Source: an uncultured virus (IMG/VR IMGVR_UViG_3300040971_000013)
Taxonomy: Duplodnaviria; Heunggongvirae; Uroviricota; Caudoviricetes
Length of the DNA stretch: 64,000 bases
Direction: 5' to 3' (one strand)
Virus record (IMG/VR): IMGVR_UViG_3300040971_000013
This document shows, piece after piece, positions 28,981 to 41,096 of the stretch. The notes beneath the pieces are model-generated. The model did no database searches. It saw only the letters and a program-made list of their open reading frames with translations, and was not told the origin of the DNA. The translations under genes and the position numbers were made by a program. Numbering within the stretch: position 1 is the stretch's first letter; every line of letters begins with the position of its first letter.

Positions 28981-29679
28981 ATGATTACACCATATGCAGA
29001 TTATAAAGTCATGAGAGATCTACTGAAATATTCTATGGATGATACGTCAGGAAATTGGAATACAACCGCAAATGGTCTATTAGACGTGGTTGCCAATAAT
29101 GATCTGACTACAGGTGGTGCAGATTGGAAAGGACTTATGCAGAACATGATTGATAAAAGTATAACAGATAATCAGTCATCATTCGGACCGATATATCCAC
29201 CTCTCAAAGACTATCCAGCATATACCAATGCAGAATCTTCATACAAAAAAGAGTTTGAGATGAAGTTCTTTGTCAAAAAAGGTGTTCCGATTCGAGTTCT
29301 ATCTCTACAGATGAGTTCTGATCCAAAAGAAGAAATAAAGATTGAAGAAGATTCTATCTTTGATAGCACCACAAACAAAGACAATCTTCTGTTTTTAGTA
29401 GACGCTCTCTATATGACTCCAGATACAAAGTATGGTCATTTTCGAGCAGTTCTAGATAAAGGATATTCAGAATTTGGATCACTGTTTCTCAGTTCTTTGG
29501 CTGATGGTATAGATCACAAACTGAAGAGTATCTGGAAAGTTATATCAGTTCCGTTTATGCTGAATCATATAATCAAGCGTGGCGAGATCGTTTTTGTCAG
29601 AACGAATCTGACAACCAGACACTTTATGTTCGTCAATTGCGCTAATGTAGAAATTGTGTTAGATGTTCCGGCATATTAA
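28981..29679 (+). CDS. Hypothetical protein
   Basis: Long ORF with AAGGA RBS. Confidence 0.55.
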   Translation: MITPYADYKVMRDLLKYSMDDTSGNWNTTANGLLDVVANNDLTTGGADWKGLMQNMIDKSITDNQSSFGPIYPPLKDYPAYTNAESSYKKEFEMKFFVKKGVPIRVLSLQMSSDPKEEIKIEEDSIFDSTTNKDNLLFLVDALYMTPDTKYGHFRAVLDKGYSEFGSLFLSSLADGIDHKLKSIWKVISVPFMLNHIIKRGEIVFVRTNLTTRHFMFVNCANVEIVLDVPAY

Positions 29680-29687
29680 TATTCTTA

Positions 29688-29752
29688 TTGACAGATCTCC
29701 AAGGTTTAGTTATTCTAATCTTAATTGATCGGAAACAACAACCTTGGAGATC
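29688..29752 (+). promoter_or_regulatory. Early promoter whose spacer is complementary to the downstream RBS
   Basis: GATCTCCAAGGTT(29694)/AACCTTGGAGATC(29740). Confidence 0.8.
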
Positions 29753-29755
29753 AAA

Positions 29756-29899
29756 ATGAAAAAGAATTCTTATAAAACCGAAAATGAAATCGGTAAACTC
29801 ATTGCCCAGTCGATAGGAACGGTTCTTGCAGCAGGATCCGTTCTATTTTCAATGTGGTTTATAGTTTGTGTACTAGCATCTTTCAATAACCCGTTTTAA
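29756..29899 (+). CDS. Small single-TM peptide (47 aa)
   Basis: GGAG RBS; hydrophobic C-terminal half. Confidence 0.55.
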   Translation: MKKNSYKTENEIGKLIAQSIGTVLAAGSVLFSMWFIVCVLASFNNPF

Positions 29900-29913
29900 C
29901 AATCGAGGATCTT

Positions 29914-31704
29914 ATGGGAACAAAAATTACTCTTACACCAGAAGCAATTGAACGTTTGCTTGTCGCAGATCCAGAGACTGCATTAGAAATCAAGCAAGGT
30001 ATTGCTATAGAATTTTCAAAGCGGTATCTTAAAGATTTGCTTGACTATGAACTAAAGCAAAAAATCAATGAGATCTGTAACAAGACTGCAGAAGATTTCA
30101 GAGATGAATTTATGATTAAGAACACCAATGGCAGAGGGTATTTTCTTGAAGATTCTTTCCGAAAACAGATGGAAGCTCAGATGAGAGTTCATTTTCAAGA
30201 AGATGTTCAGCGACTCTGTTCTGAGTTCTATAATCAGACCATTGTCAAGCTGAATGAAAAAATCAAAAACGCATTGGTAGATCTTGATACTATAGACAAT
30301 AATATTATAAACAAGATTGCTGATATTGCTGCTGATAAAGCACATCAGAAACTTAAAAACCTTTTAACAGCCAATCTTTAAGGAGATCTCCATGTATTCA
30401 CGCAGACTAACCAACGACATTCGAGACTATACCAGAACCAATTGCTATGCGCATCTGGATTCTGAACGAGCGAAAAATCCTCTACAGATTGAACTCAACG
30501 AAAAAATTGATATTCTTGTAGAACGGTTCTTGAAACTCGTCTATGAGCATTCTATGCCAGAAGAAGATTTCAATGTTATTATGAAATATAAGAACCAGTC
30601 TGAAGCTTTTCGAGTATGGTTACGAAAATGTACAGACGATAATGGCCGTGTTTATTATGAATATTCTACCTGGGGTGAATGTATTAAATTGATTTCTATA
30701 CGTCTTCCTCGGTTCGTGTATTATGATTCTGCTGAAAAAATTATCAATATGACATATAAATCGTTTGACGAAAAGTTTATTGCTGATATCTATGAACTCG
30801 CTTATATCCTGAAATGCGAGGAAGAGAAAGCGAAAGCCTCTATCAAAACTATTCTACAGCGATTTAGTACTACTGGAAAACTTGTAGAAGCATATCCTGA
30901 AATGGAAAAGTTTATTCCAGCACAATTCAAAACAAAAGAAGAGCGCAATGATTCAAAGTCTCCAGCTGAACGTCTAAATCTTGATGTTGATCTTACTACG
31001 CTGTTGAACTGATATGTATAATCTAACCGAGAATTGTGTGGTTTGTGGATCACCTAAAGTAAAGATCTTTCAGACAGAATATGGAATATCTATTCTATGT
31101 GAACGCTGTCATACAATTCTCGGTTATGATTGGATGATTCAGCTGCGAAACAAACTGCAACAGCTGCAAGAATACAAACGACGAGAACAAGAGATGCTGA
31201 AAAGATCTTTTATTGAACATCAAAAGAAACAATCTCTACAGCGTAGAATTCCAGATTCTATTGCACTAGACCGAAGAAAGAATGAACGAAGAGCTCCAGT
31301 CTATGAACTTCCAAAATGAGCGACAGATGAATCACTCTAAAATATATACAAAGCATCTCGACAAATCATATGAAATAACTCGGACTATGAAATACAGTCC
31401 GTGGAGATATCTCCGAGAAAACTTTATTCTAACAGACCATTTTATAGAACGCTGCAATGAACGCACTATATTTCCTGGACAGATAGTTCTTACTATCGAA
31501 ACTGGAAAGAAGTACTGGACATTTAAAGGACCAGAAGAAAATCTTGTAACGAAATACATACCAAAAAATCTAATGATCATTACTAAACATTGTCAAGACA
31601 GATATAATCCACTAGAAGAGATTGTCATATTGATGTCCGCATATAGGTTCAAGAATTCTGCTAAACCATACTACGAATCTGAATCATTTGTTTTTGAAGA
31701 ATGA
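29914..31704 (+). CDS. Run of four hypothetical early genes (29914-30381, 30392-31012, 31014-31319, ~31327-31704)
   Basis: Tightly packed ORFs; no recognisable family. Confidence 0.55.
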
Positions 31705-31770
31705 GTTGACAAACATATCTTGAGTAGTTATTCTATTCATATCAACTGAAACAAACCATGGAGTTTTGGA

Positions 31771-32205
31771 ATGGCTGATATTTTTAGATTCGAAGTTTTT
31801 GATAAGAGTGTTGGTCGTCATCGTGGAATATATAGCTTTGACTATCTTTGGCGATTAGAAGAGCATGAGCATTCAACTGGAAGACCTGGACCAGTTTCTG
31901 ATAAGGGTCTGAATAGAAAATGGAATCCTTTCAAGAGAAAGAATTACGTTGATGATTATGATCTATACTTTGGATTTGATACTATCAATAAAATGACTAG
32001 ATGGTTCTCAAATCAAGATGAACTTGAGATGATCTTTGGTCTTCAAGAAAGAGAAGGATACTTGAGAGGCTGTTTTTGCATCTATGAAGATATTGAGAAA
32101 TTCTTTTCTTCTAGGTATCAAGCAGTATTCATCAAACCAAATTATGAACCGAAAAGAATCTATACTTTTGAAGAATATAATACTTTTATAAAAAACTGGA
32201 GGTAG
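31771..32205 (+). CDS. Conserved phage protein, possibly ADP-ribosyltransferase-like
   Basis: IFRFE...G.Y...RPGP..D...FGF......WF pattern; own promoter at 31706. Confidence 0.35.
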   Translation: MADIFRFEVFDKSVGRHRGIYSFDYLWRLEEHEHSTGRPGPVSDKGLNRKWNPFKRKNYVDDYDLYFGFDTINKMTRWFSNQDELEMIFGLQEREGYLRGCFCIYEDIEKFFSSRYQAVFIKPNYEPKRIYTFEEYNTFIKNWR

Positions 32206-32207
32206 AA

Positions 32208-33365
32208 ATGCCTGTTGTAGAATTCCTTGCTAGATTTTCGGATAAAATGGAAGGCCTTGCAAAACTTGAAGAACTTTATGGAATCAAAGCCCGTGTCTAT
32301 GACAATTTCTTTCTCTTGAACTATTCTCAGATCGATTCTCCAAAAATGGATCCGATTGTTGCTGAATGTCGAGGAATCATTCTTGACTGGGATCTACATG
32401 TTCTACGTAGACCGTTTGATAGATTCTTTAACTACGGAGAAGCAGGAACCGATAAGTCATTTGATTTCAACGGATCTATCTGTTATGAAAAAGTTGATGG
32501 ATCTATTGTTCCTGTTTGGTATAATGGATTTGATGGTGAATGGGCAGCAGGAACTCGTGGAACTGCTTTTGCTGAAACAGAATGTGCGTCTGGCAGAGTG
32601 TTTTCTGATCTCATCACAGATACACTTGGATTCACTCCACATTATTTGTTGGCTAGTGCTGAGAAAATGCTGCAAGTTTCTTTAAACATGTATACGTTCA
32701 TCTTTGAATTGTGTACACCAGAAAACAGAGTAGTTACAAGATATCCAGAGTCTTTTATGGCTCTACTTGCTATTAGAAACAATGTGTCTGGAAGATATAA
32801 GTCTCAAGATTCTATTGCATTCTTTCATAACTTGTTTCGGCATATTCAGATAACTGCTAGCATTCCGGCTTCTATTCGTTTACCAAAGACATATGATATC
32901 TATGATATTGATTCAGCCAGATTTTCATTGAAGGATCTTGATGCTCTTGATGAAGGATATGTATTCTATAATCCGAAGACTCAAGATCGTGTAAAAGTGA
33001 AGAACCCATCTTATGTTGCTATTCATCATATTCGAGATAACGGCAATATGAATCCAAGAAGGATCTGTGATCTTGTCTTTCTGAATGAGACTGATGAATA
33101 TCTTCAGTACTTTCCAGAAGATACAAAATTCTTTTCTCCTTGGATCAATGCTTACAACGAATTCCATCGGACAGCTCTTGAGATCTATGAAAAGAATAAA
33201 CATATAGAATCTCAGAAGGAATTTGCTCTACAAGTAAAAGACCTTCCATATTCTGGTTTATTGTTTCAAATGAGACAAGGAAAAAGTTTTTCAGAGAGCA
33301 TAAATCGGTTGCATTCCGATAAAAAAGTAGATATACTAAATTCATTCAAAGGAAATGGAGAATAA
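32208..33365 (+). CDS. rnlA: RNA ligase 1 (T4 RnlA-like)
   Basis: ECRGII, FDRFFNYGE, EKVDGS, FELCTPENRVV, DEGYV, KVKNPSY. Confidence 0.9.
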   Translation: MPVVEFLARFSDKMEGLAKLEELYGIKARVYDNFFLLNYSQIDSPKMDPIVAECRGIILDWDLHVLRRPFDRFFNYGEAGTDKSFDFNGSICYEKVDGSIVPVWYNGFDGEWAAGTRGTAFAETECASGRVFSDLITDTLGFTPHYLLASAEKMLQVSLNMYTFIFELCTPENRVVTRYPESFMALLAIRNNVSGRYKSQDSIAFFHNLFRHIQITASIPASIRLPKTYDIYDIDSARFSLKDLDALDEGYVFYNPKTQDRVKVKNPSYVAIHHIRDNGNMNPRRICDLVFLNETDEYLQYFPEDTKFFSPWINAYNEFHRTALEIYEKNKHIESQKEFALQVKDLPYSGLLFQMRQGKSFSESINRLHSDKKVDILNSFKGNGE

Positions 33366-33798
33366 ATGAATAAAGAAATTTTAGAACTTGTAGAAGAATT
33401 GAAAAAGGTATTCAATGAGCAGAACAAAAGAATTCAGGATCTCGAGCAGATAGTGGTTCATCAGCAAGGGCAGTTGGATTTCTTGGAACGTAAAACCCAC
33501 AAGGATTCGGTACATTAGAATGAAAATCCAGATCTCTCCGTCTGGAGAACTTGAGATCTTTCGGTCTCACGGTTATAAAACTCAGAAATGCATCTATACT
33601 GAAGCAAAATCTTGTGGAGACAGATGCCCTCATTTTGGAGAACCGAGATATTTATATGATCATGGAGACAAACTGTGTTTTATAGAATTATGTCAAGGCC
33701 GGCTACTAAAAATAGAATTAAGTGATTTCCAAGATCTTAGAACTAAACCAGAATCAGAATATGATTATAACATTGTACTCCCAATAGAGGAATAGAAC

Positions 33799-34800
33799 AT
33801 GCAAGTAAACAAGATCCCCACCGGCTATCTCTGTGTCAACGAATATTCTAAAGGACCGTTGGAATTTCTTTCAATCGGAGACTATGGAAAGTCAAAGAAT
33901 ATTAAAGCAGACTTCCTTGGTTATTCTCGAGATCTCAATGGAGTTCCAAACGGTATCATTGCTCCTCTCCAAGAGAAATGGGTGATCACTCTGTCTACTC
34001 AGTACGGATGTTCTATGAAATGCAAATTCTGCGACTGTCCGTCTATTCAATTCAAGGGAAATGCTACTGTTGATGATCTGAAGAATCAACTTATAGATGC
34101 TATCAATTTGTTTCCTGAAGTAAAGTATACAGACCGGCTAAATATCCACTTTGCAAGATGTGGGGAACCGGTTCCTAACTTTCTCAACGTTTTCAATTTT
34201 TGCAACTGGCTTGCTGATAAGAGAGCGTTTCAGTCTCGGACTAATCTAAGAGTTGAAACGATTCATCCAGTATTTACTACAATGATTCCAAAGCATAGTT
34301 TTTGTTCTGATGTTATTCGAGACTGGGTTCATGTATATAAGAACGGAAAGTTTAATGGTCAAGCCGGCTTGCAACTGTCTATCAATAGTACAAGCAATGC
34401 ACAGCGAGATGAAATGTTTTCTGGGATGTCAAAGTCCCTTGAAGAGATCTCAAAAATCTGTGATGAACTAGAAGATCCACTCGGTCGTAAGTATTGCTTG
34501 AACTTTGCATATTCTGATCAGTTTGAAATTGATGCTCGAAAGTTGAGAAATTTGTTTGATCCTCAAAAGTTCATGTGTAAGATTACTCCAATTCATAACA
34601 ACACTGCATGTCAGGAGAATTCATATCAGACTACTACTGGGTATGAATCTTATAAGCCGTATAGTAAAGTAGAAACTGAACTGAAGGCAGAAGGATTTGA
34701 TGTCCTTGTATTTGTTCCGTCTATGGATGAAGAAGATGGTCTTGTAACATGCGGTAATCTAATTCTTTCTGGAAGGGAATTAAAAATTGGAAAACTTTAG
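33799..34800 (+). CDS. RlmN/Cfr-like radical SAM protein
   Basis: STQYGCSMKCKFC, GEP, LQLSINS, C-terminal CGNL. Confidence 0.8.
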   Translation: MQVNKIPTGYLCVNEYSKGPLEFLSIGDYGKSKNIKADFLGYSRDLNGVPNGIIAPLQEKWVITLSTQYGCSMKCKFCDCPSIQFKGNATVDDLKNQLIDAINLFPEVKYTDRLNIHFARCGEPVPNFLNVFNFCNWLADKRAFQSRTNLRVETIHPVFTTMIPKHSFCSDVIRDWVHVYKNGKFNGQAGLQLSINSTSNAQRDEMFSGMSKSLEEISKICDELEDPLGRKYCLNFAYSDQFEIDARKLRNLFDPQKFMCKITPIHNNTACQENSYQTTTGYESYKPYSKVETELKAEGFDVLVFVPSMDEEDGLVTCGNLILSGRELKIGKL

Positions 34801-34876
34801 TATTTCTTGTTGACAGCCCAATAAGTATAGGTTATTCTAAACTCAATTGAACGGAACAACAACCACGGAGTTTAAA

Positions 34877-35825
34877 ATGAAAAAGTATTCGTTGCTCAAC
34901 AAAAAGACTCAGAAGCTCGTTGAATATACTACCTCTCCAAACACGGGGGAATTCTGTGTAGATGTAGAATTCACTCTATGTGAAAACGGAGAGCAGGTTT
35001 GGTTAGTTGATTCATATGAAATGGCAAAGAACGCTCACCGGGCTCCAACACCATGGTATAATGCAAGATATGAAACTCCGAACTATGATCTTGATATGAA
35101 TGACTATGATGTGGTAGCGGTCCATATGTTTGTTGAAAAAGTTTGACCGGAGAATACCAAAGTGAAATCTTGGTACTATAAAGGCAATAAAGATCTGGCT
35201 AAGGAAGCAATCGATCTTGCTATCGTTCGTGCATCTATTGGTGCAACTATACAGAACGGCACTGTCGTGAATGGAGAATATGCCGTCATTGATGAATGTA
35301 CTGTTCGATTTGCTCCTTATCATGATGAAACATGCACCTATTATGGAGATTATTAGAAATGAAGTACATTGTATATAAGAAATATGAAGATACGACAATA
35401 GAAACACTTTTCATTTTTCCAGAAACCGAAAATCATTCTGATGTTTTTGCACAAGTAAAAACATATGCTGGGACAATCATTTCAGCTGGGTTTGTGTACA
35501 AAGATGGTAATGGTGAATTGTACTGTACTGGTAAATCTTATACATGTGATGTCAGTTCTCGTGGTGAGGTGGATACTAAACTTTTAAATTCTATGTTGGA
35601 GAGAATGTAGTGAAAATCAAATCAATCGTTTCCCAATCCCGTAGAGATTTCACAGCCATTTATGAATGTGAACATTGTGGAGCAACTGATAAGTCTTATG
35701 GATATGACGATTCATATTTCCATGAGAACGTCATCCCGAAAATGGAATGCAAACAGTGTCACAAGAAAGCATCTGACAGTTATAGACCGTTAGCAACAAA
35801 ATATCCAGATGGAATTACCGTCTAA
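34877..35825 (+). CDS. Four small early hypothetical genes (last has CxxC pairs)
   Basis: Downstream of repeat promoter 34810; packed ORFs. Confidence 0.5.
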
Positions 35826-35866
35826 CTTTTCAATGAAATCTAATAGCAAAAGGAGTTCTATGGAAC

Positions 35867-36911
35867 TTGGCATTTCTATCAAAGACTGATTTACTAAAAC
35901 GGAATAATATAGAATTGTTCTGTGACAGATGTATCAGCGGAGAATTTCAACTCGGTTTTTTTGGTACGGACGGATCTATAAAGGTAGATAACTGTACGAT
36001 ACAAGAAAAGGAAAGAGTTGAAATTCTCCGCATTAATTTAGACAACAAATTTGAATGTGGATCTCTACTGAGAGAAGCATGTTTATGTTCAGGATATTAC
36101 CCTCGTATTTTTCTAAAAGATTCGTTTCATAAAGTCTATTTACTTACTGACATATATAAAGATCATGAATTTGCTGGAAAGAATTCTCCTCCGGTTTCTG
36201 ATTCTTTTAAACTAGACGCAGAACGACAAGAAAGAGCTCTTGTCGATGCTATTAACTTTTACTGTAAGGAGGCGCCTATAGCAATTCATGGATTGTCATA
36301 TCACACATGCTGAAAAGGTTGAAGGATTTTCATCGTTAGGGAATGAACCGTACATTGACATATTATTACACACAACAGACAATCGAAAGATCGGAGTGTC
36401 TTGTAAAGGGACTTGTTGTCCGTCATTAGCAGGAGGCGGACTGAAAGGATTAAAGTCAATTGATCCAAATCTTGTAGATCGTCTATTTGGATCTATAGAG
36501 GATGTCTATAGTGGTCTAGGTTTCAAACAAAACTATGAGTTCTTCCATATAGATATTCCAGACTTGTTTTTTCAAATTCCAAAGGATTCAGTCAAACAGA
36601 TCCTCTCTGGAACAAAAGAGATGGGTGGACCGATCGACTACATGTATATTGGACCGATGGATATAGAACATTCTTTTATAGATAACGTGCTCTATCTAAA
36701 TGGGAAATTTAAAAGTATTGATGAATACGCTGAAAAGGAGATGTTCTTTCGAATTCGTCAGCGTGACTCTAAAGACAAAATTCTGACAATGGACTACCAG
36801 ACATACGATCGAGAAGGCTATCCGTTTATCCACAGACATGGAAAAAAGAAAACATCCCGAATAGTTATCACCGATTTTGCAACTGGAAATTTATTTTACA
36901 AAATTTTATAA
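35867..36911 (+). pseudogene. PD-(D/E)xK-like nuclease apparently split by a frameshift near 36290
   Basis: ERQE helix in ORF1; EPYIDI...IGVSCK in ORF2; 26-nt overlap without a clear RBS. Confidence 0.45.
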
Positions 36912-36928
36912 AAATATGAAAAAAGTAG

Positions 36929-37013
36929 TTGACAGCCTTTCTTATCGGTTATATCTATTAATTGAAATTGCTTATAAACTATAAACAATCAATCTATAAC
37001 CGATAAGGAGGCT
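36929..37013 (+). promoter_or_regulatory. Early promoter with anti-RBS spacer
   Basis: AGCCTTTCTTATCGGTTATA / TATAACCGATAAGGAGGCT. Confidence 0.75.
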
Positions 37014-37276
37014 CTCAAATGAAACAGGAATTTATCGTTGAAAAGGATCCCAAGCCGATGCTCGCTTCCAAACCTTGGAGGGTTCGTTGTACTGCTGGAG
37101 ATGGACCGTTCAAGCCGCATATTGCTGATGTCTTTTCCAAGAGAAAGAATGCAGTCAAATATGCAAAAGTTTATAATGATTTTATCCAACAAAATTACGG
37201 ACTACCTATTGACAAATAGAAATTTCATTGTTATCTGTTAATTGAATCACCAACAATCAACCAAGGAGTTTTTAAA

Positions 37277-37744
37277 ATGAAGATCGACTTTACAATCCTA
37301 TTGGAAGAACTGGTTAAGACTCGTGGATCCGCAAAGACTAAGAACACTGAATTCGTTGACGCAGTACTCGCTCAGCATTATATCAAAAAGGAACGAGAAG
37401 AACGAAAAGTTGAACGCGAAAACCGTTCTGATCTGAAGTCTGATCGGGACAAGCGTAATGAAGAAATCCTGAAGCAGAAACTTGAAGCGAAAATCAATGG
37501 AAAACCTGAGAAGATCATTGATCGGATCTACAATCTTGCAAAGGATTACAAAACCTTTAACATTGGTGAAGCAGCAGAAGCAGTCGGAGCTTCCTGGGGA
37601 ACTTCCTACCATGCAATTAAACAGCTTGCAAAGGAAGGGAAATTGAAGGAAGCTGCTAAACAGGAGACTGGAAAGCGTGGAAAGAAGTCTGTCATCTGGT
37701 CGATTGCAAATGGTGAAAAAGAAAAAGGAAAAACCTCTAACTAA
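37277..37744 (+). CDS. Winged-helix DNA-binding protein (paralog 1)
   Basis: FNIGEAAEAVGASWGTSYHAIKQL...GKRGKKSVIW. Confidence 0.65.
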   Translation: MKIDFTILLEELVKTRGSAKTKNTEFVDAVLAQHYIKKEREERKVERENRSDLKSDRDKRNEEILKQKLEAKINGKPEKIIDRIYNLAKDYKTFNIGEAAEAVGASWGTSYHAIKQLAKEGKLKEAAKQETGKRGKKSVIWSIANGEKEKGKTSN

Positions 37745-38218
37745 GTCGGTAATAAAATGACCCTAGCAAGGATCTGAAGAGAGACGTAAAACATCTCTCT
37801 TTTTTTACGTCTAGTGGTTGACATTCTATAAGCTATTAGTTATTCTAAACTCAATTGAACAACAAACCACGGAGTTTAAAATGAACACGACAATTTCTAT
37901 CAACTCAATCGAGATTGCAAACAGAGCACGAAACCTCTACAAACACAACGGACTATACTTCAGGCTGTTTGCTAAAGGGGTTACTCCGAATGGATGTTGG
38001 TTGATCGGTCCTTATATGCAGCAGTTGATTGATATTGACGCAGCAACTGGCAAAGATGTATATGGTCCAAGCAGATTAGATTTTGTTGGAATGGTTGAGT
38101 CCAATAGAGAATATGAAAAATATTTTGACTGAGAGTGTAAAATTAGTTGACATATACTGATCGGATAGTTATTCTAAACTCAATTGAACGGAACAATAAC
38201 AAAACCAAGGAGTTTCAA

Positions 38219-38566
38219 ATGAAGACCGAACTTACCACCATGATCGCAGAATTTGCTAAGGCTAACAAAGTTTCCAAAATCAAGACCACCGAATTCATCG
38301 AGACAGTTCTTGCTCAACATACAGTAAAGAAGGAAAAAGTTGTTCGAGAAAAGGTCAAGAAGGAACGTGTGATCGATCGGATCTACAATCTTGCTGCTAA
38401 TTTTCAAACCTTTAACGTTGGACAGGCTGCTGAGCTGACGAACTCTTCTTGGATCGCTTCTTATCATGCAATTAAACATCTCGCCAAGGAAGGCAAGATC
38501 AAGGAAGCTTCCAAGCAGGAGACTGGAAAGCGTGGAAAGAAGTCGGTCATCTGGTCGATTGCATAA
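38219..38566 (+). CDS. Winged-helix DNA-binding protein (paralog 2)
   Basis: C-terminal domain nearly identical to that of 37277. Confidence 0.65.
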   Translation: MKTELTTMIAEFAKANKVSKIKTTEFIETVLAQHTVKKEKVVREKVKKERVIDRIYNLAANFQTFNVGQAAELTNSSWIASYHAIKHLAKEGKIKEASKQETGKRGKKSVIWSIA

Positions 38567-38735
38567 TTTTAACTAATCTAAAGGAGATATCAAATGACTT
38601 CTTATGAACTTGCTGAGTCCATCATGTGCGAACCAGTCCGTTTTGAAGATGCTGATGAACTGACTATATCAGCAGAGGATCGAGCTGCATTACGTATTGC
38701 AAAGATTCTTGGTATCTCTGTGGAGGAGGAATAAG

Positions 38736-40025
38736 ATGAATCTCAGTGAAAGGGTTAAAGTCTTTAAGGATGAGAAGAATAGTCTTCTCAAAGATCTTAT
38801 TGATTATTTTAAGAACAATAATGAAACTCTAGAAGATCGTTGGAAACTGTTTGAGGAATCACGCGAATTGTTTCCCAGATATTCATGGGTAATGGATATT
38901 CGTGAAATCGAAGTAAATGATGGCAATTATTATGATGATTTTGGATACGATCGTCACCAAACTGTAGATCTGGTTGATTTGGTATATAGAATTGAAGACT
39001 ATCCAGCGAAATATTCAAAATTTAATGTGGAACAAGTGAAGAAAGAGATTTTAGCATCCGGTTATGGATCATTTATCTTTGATTGGTAAGGAGATATCAT
39101 GGGAATCTGTCCGTATTGTGAAAAAGTAATTCCAAGACAGGAATCTGTTACTAACCATGTTCTTGATTGCGCTAGAGAGTTGATCGAGAAATATGAAAAA
39201 GCTCTTCATAACATTGTCAAATATTGTCCATATGAAAATACTGATCCAAAGCTTCTATCTGAACAAAAGCGTATACTGAATGAAATCTTAGTATGTCCAA
39301 GGTGTGCTAAGAAAGCTGCAAATCCATACGCATTTTCTAATAGATGTGATAAACATTATTCAGAAGAACGAAAAATAGATCTCCGGATTAAATCTCATAG
39401 AGAATATCTTGCTGAGTATGGACCGAAAGAAATTGCTAAAGAGGCACTAAAGAAATGAACGTTATTTGGAGGATACTTGCAAGAAAGAATTATAGCATCT
39501 GCGCTTCGGCATAAGGAAACAGGACAAATATGGACTCTACCAGCTCCAGCTCGTCATCACAATATTTTTAGAATACTCCCAGAATCAATGTCTTCTTTAG
39601 AAATTACTTCAAAAACTGAACAAGGATTTGAGACTAATCTTAGACCGTTTGTTGATCGAAAAGAAGCAAAAATAATTGCTCGGAATGCTGATCAGCTTTT
39701 AGATCGAGCATCTAAATTAAATATTCTTTTTTCTGAAGATGTTTGGTGAAATTCTATTGACAGTATTAGTCTGATTGATTATTCTAAACTCAATTGAACA
39801 ACAATAAATCCCTGGAGGATCAAGATGGAAACCAACAGAATTGAAATTGATACTTGCTTTTCCTATGAAATTGATTATCAGAATTTACATAGAACCGGAA
39901 CATGGACTCTGATTACGATTTTCAAGAATGAGCAACTTTATGGCGGTACCTCTCATAAGGGTCGTCTGTCTGAGGAACAATGTTTGAAGAATGTTAAGAA
40001 GTTTATTGCTATCTACAACTCTTAA
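38736..40025 (+). CDS. Four small early hypothetical genes
   Basis: RBS-preceded ORFs; 39477 has an RHH...QGF...FVDRKEA...LFSED phage motif. Confidence 0.5.
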
Positions 40026-40034
40026 GGAATTACA

Positions 40035-40439
40035 ATGAATAAAACTCTCTATATTGTTCGTGGCCTACCTGGATCTGGTAAGTCGACTCTTGCAAAAAAT
40101 CTTGTCAGTGAACCACTATTGCATCATCATGAAGCTGATCAGTATTATGTTGGTTCTGATGGAGTGTATCGTTTTGATCCAGATAAGATCGGAGCAGCTC
40201 ATTCATACTGTCGGAGATGTGTTGAAAACGATATGGAAAACTATATCCCAAGAATCGCTGTTTCCAATACGTTTACTACTCTGAAAGAGATTCAGCCGTA
40301 TTTGGAACTATGCAAGCTTCATGGATATACTCCAATGGTTATCCATTGTGAAAATACTTTTGGAAATATTCATGATGTTCCAGAAGAAACTCTTGCTAAG
40401 ATGAAGAATCGTTGGCAGAAATATGATATCGCAGCATAA
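40035..40439 (+). CDS. Polynucleotide-kinase-like P-loop protein (AAA_33)
   Basis: RGLPGSGKST, EADQY, VSNTFT, HDVP. Confidence 0.8.
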   Translation: MNKTLYIVRGLPGSGKSTLAKNLVSEPLLHHHEADQYYVGSDGVYRFDPDKIGAAHSYCRRCVENDMENYIPRIAVSNTFTTLKEIQPYLELCKLHGYTPMVIHCENTFGNIHDVPEETLAKMKNRWQKYDIAA

Positions 40440-41096
40440 AGTCATGTCTGCTGAAGAATTCCTCGATGATATTCTTGATGATCTCAAAATGTTATCAAAA
40501 CATGATCCAGACAGAGACGGGTGTATGGTTCCCGAATATCATGGAAGTTGGATACGTGCATCGTATATAGACGATATCATAGAAAAGATAGAAAAATTTC
40601 AAAAACGGAGAAACAAATGACTGTTGTAAAAATTGACGACTGTATTGAAGATGAAGTAATAGATCTTATGGACTGTGTTACAGGATGGGTCTATAAGTTT
40701 GTCTTTGAGGGTGGAAATAGTTCTATATGGTTGTGTCTGGATGTTGAAGGTAAAACCCATTTTGTTGATTGCATCTATCTTTCTGTTGAAACATCAGAAT
40801 CTATACTAGCAGCATACGATCCAATCATTAAGATCATTCCAGTTGAAAATATTACTATCACTGTAGAGTAAACAATGAATTCCAATCCCATAAGATGCAC
40901 ATACTGTGGAAGATTTATCGCATATAAAGATCTTGAAGAAGAAACTGCGTCTTTCACAATGACTCTTCCTGAATCTGCTTATTCAGTTGAGACATGGATT
41001 GGAACATGTAAATCTTGCAACCAAAAATTGATTGACAATCCATCCTGCTTTAGTTATTCTAAACTCAATTGAACAACAAATCCCTGGAGGATCAAG

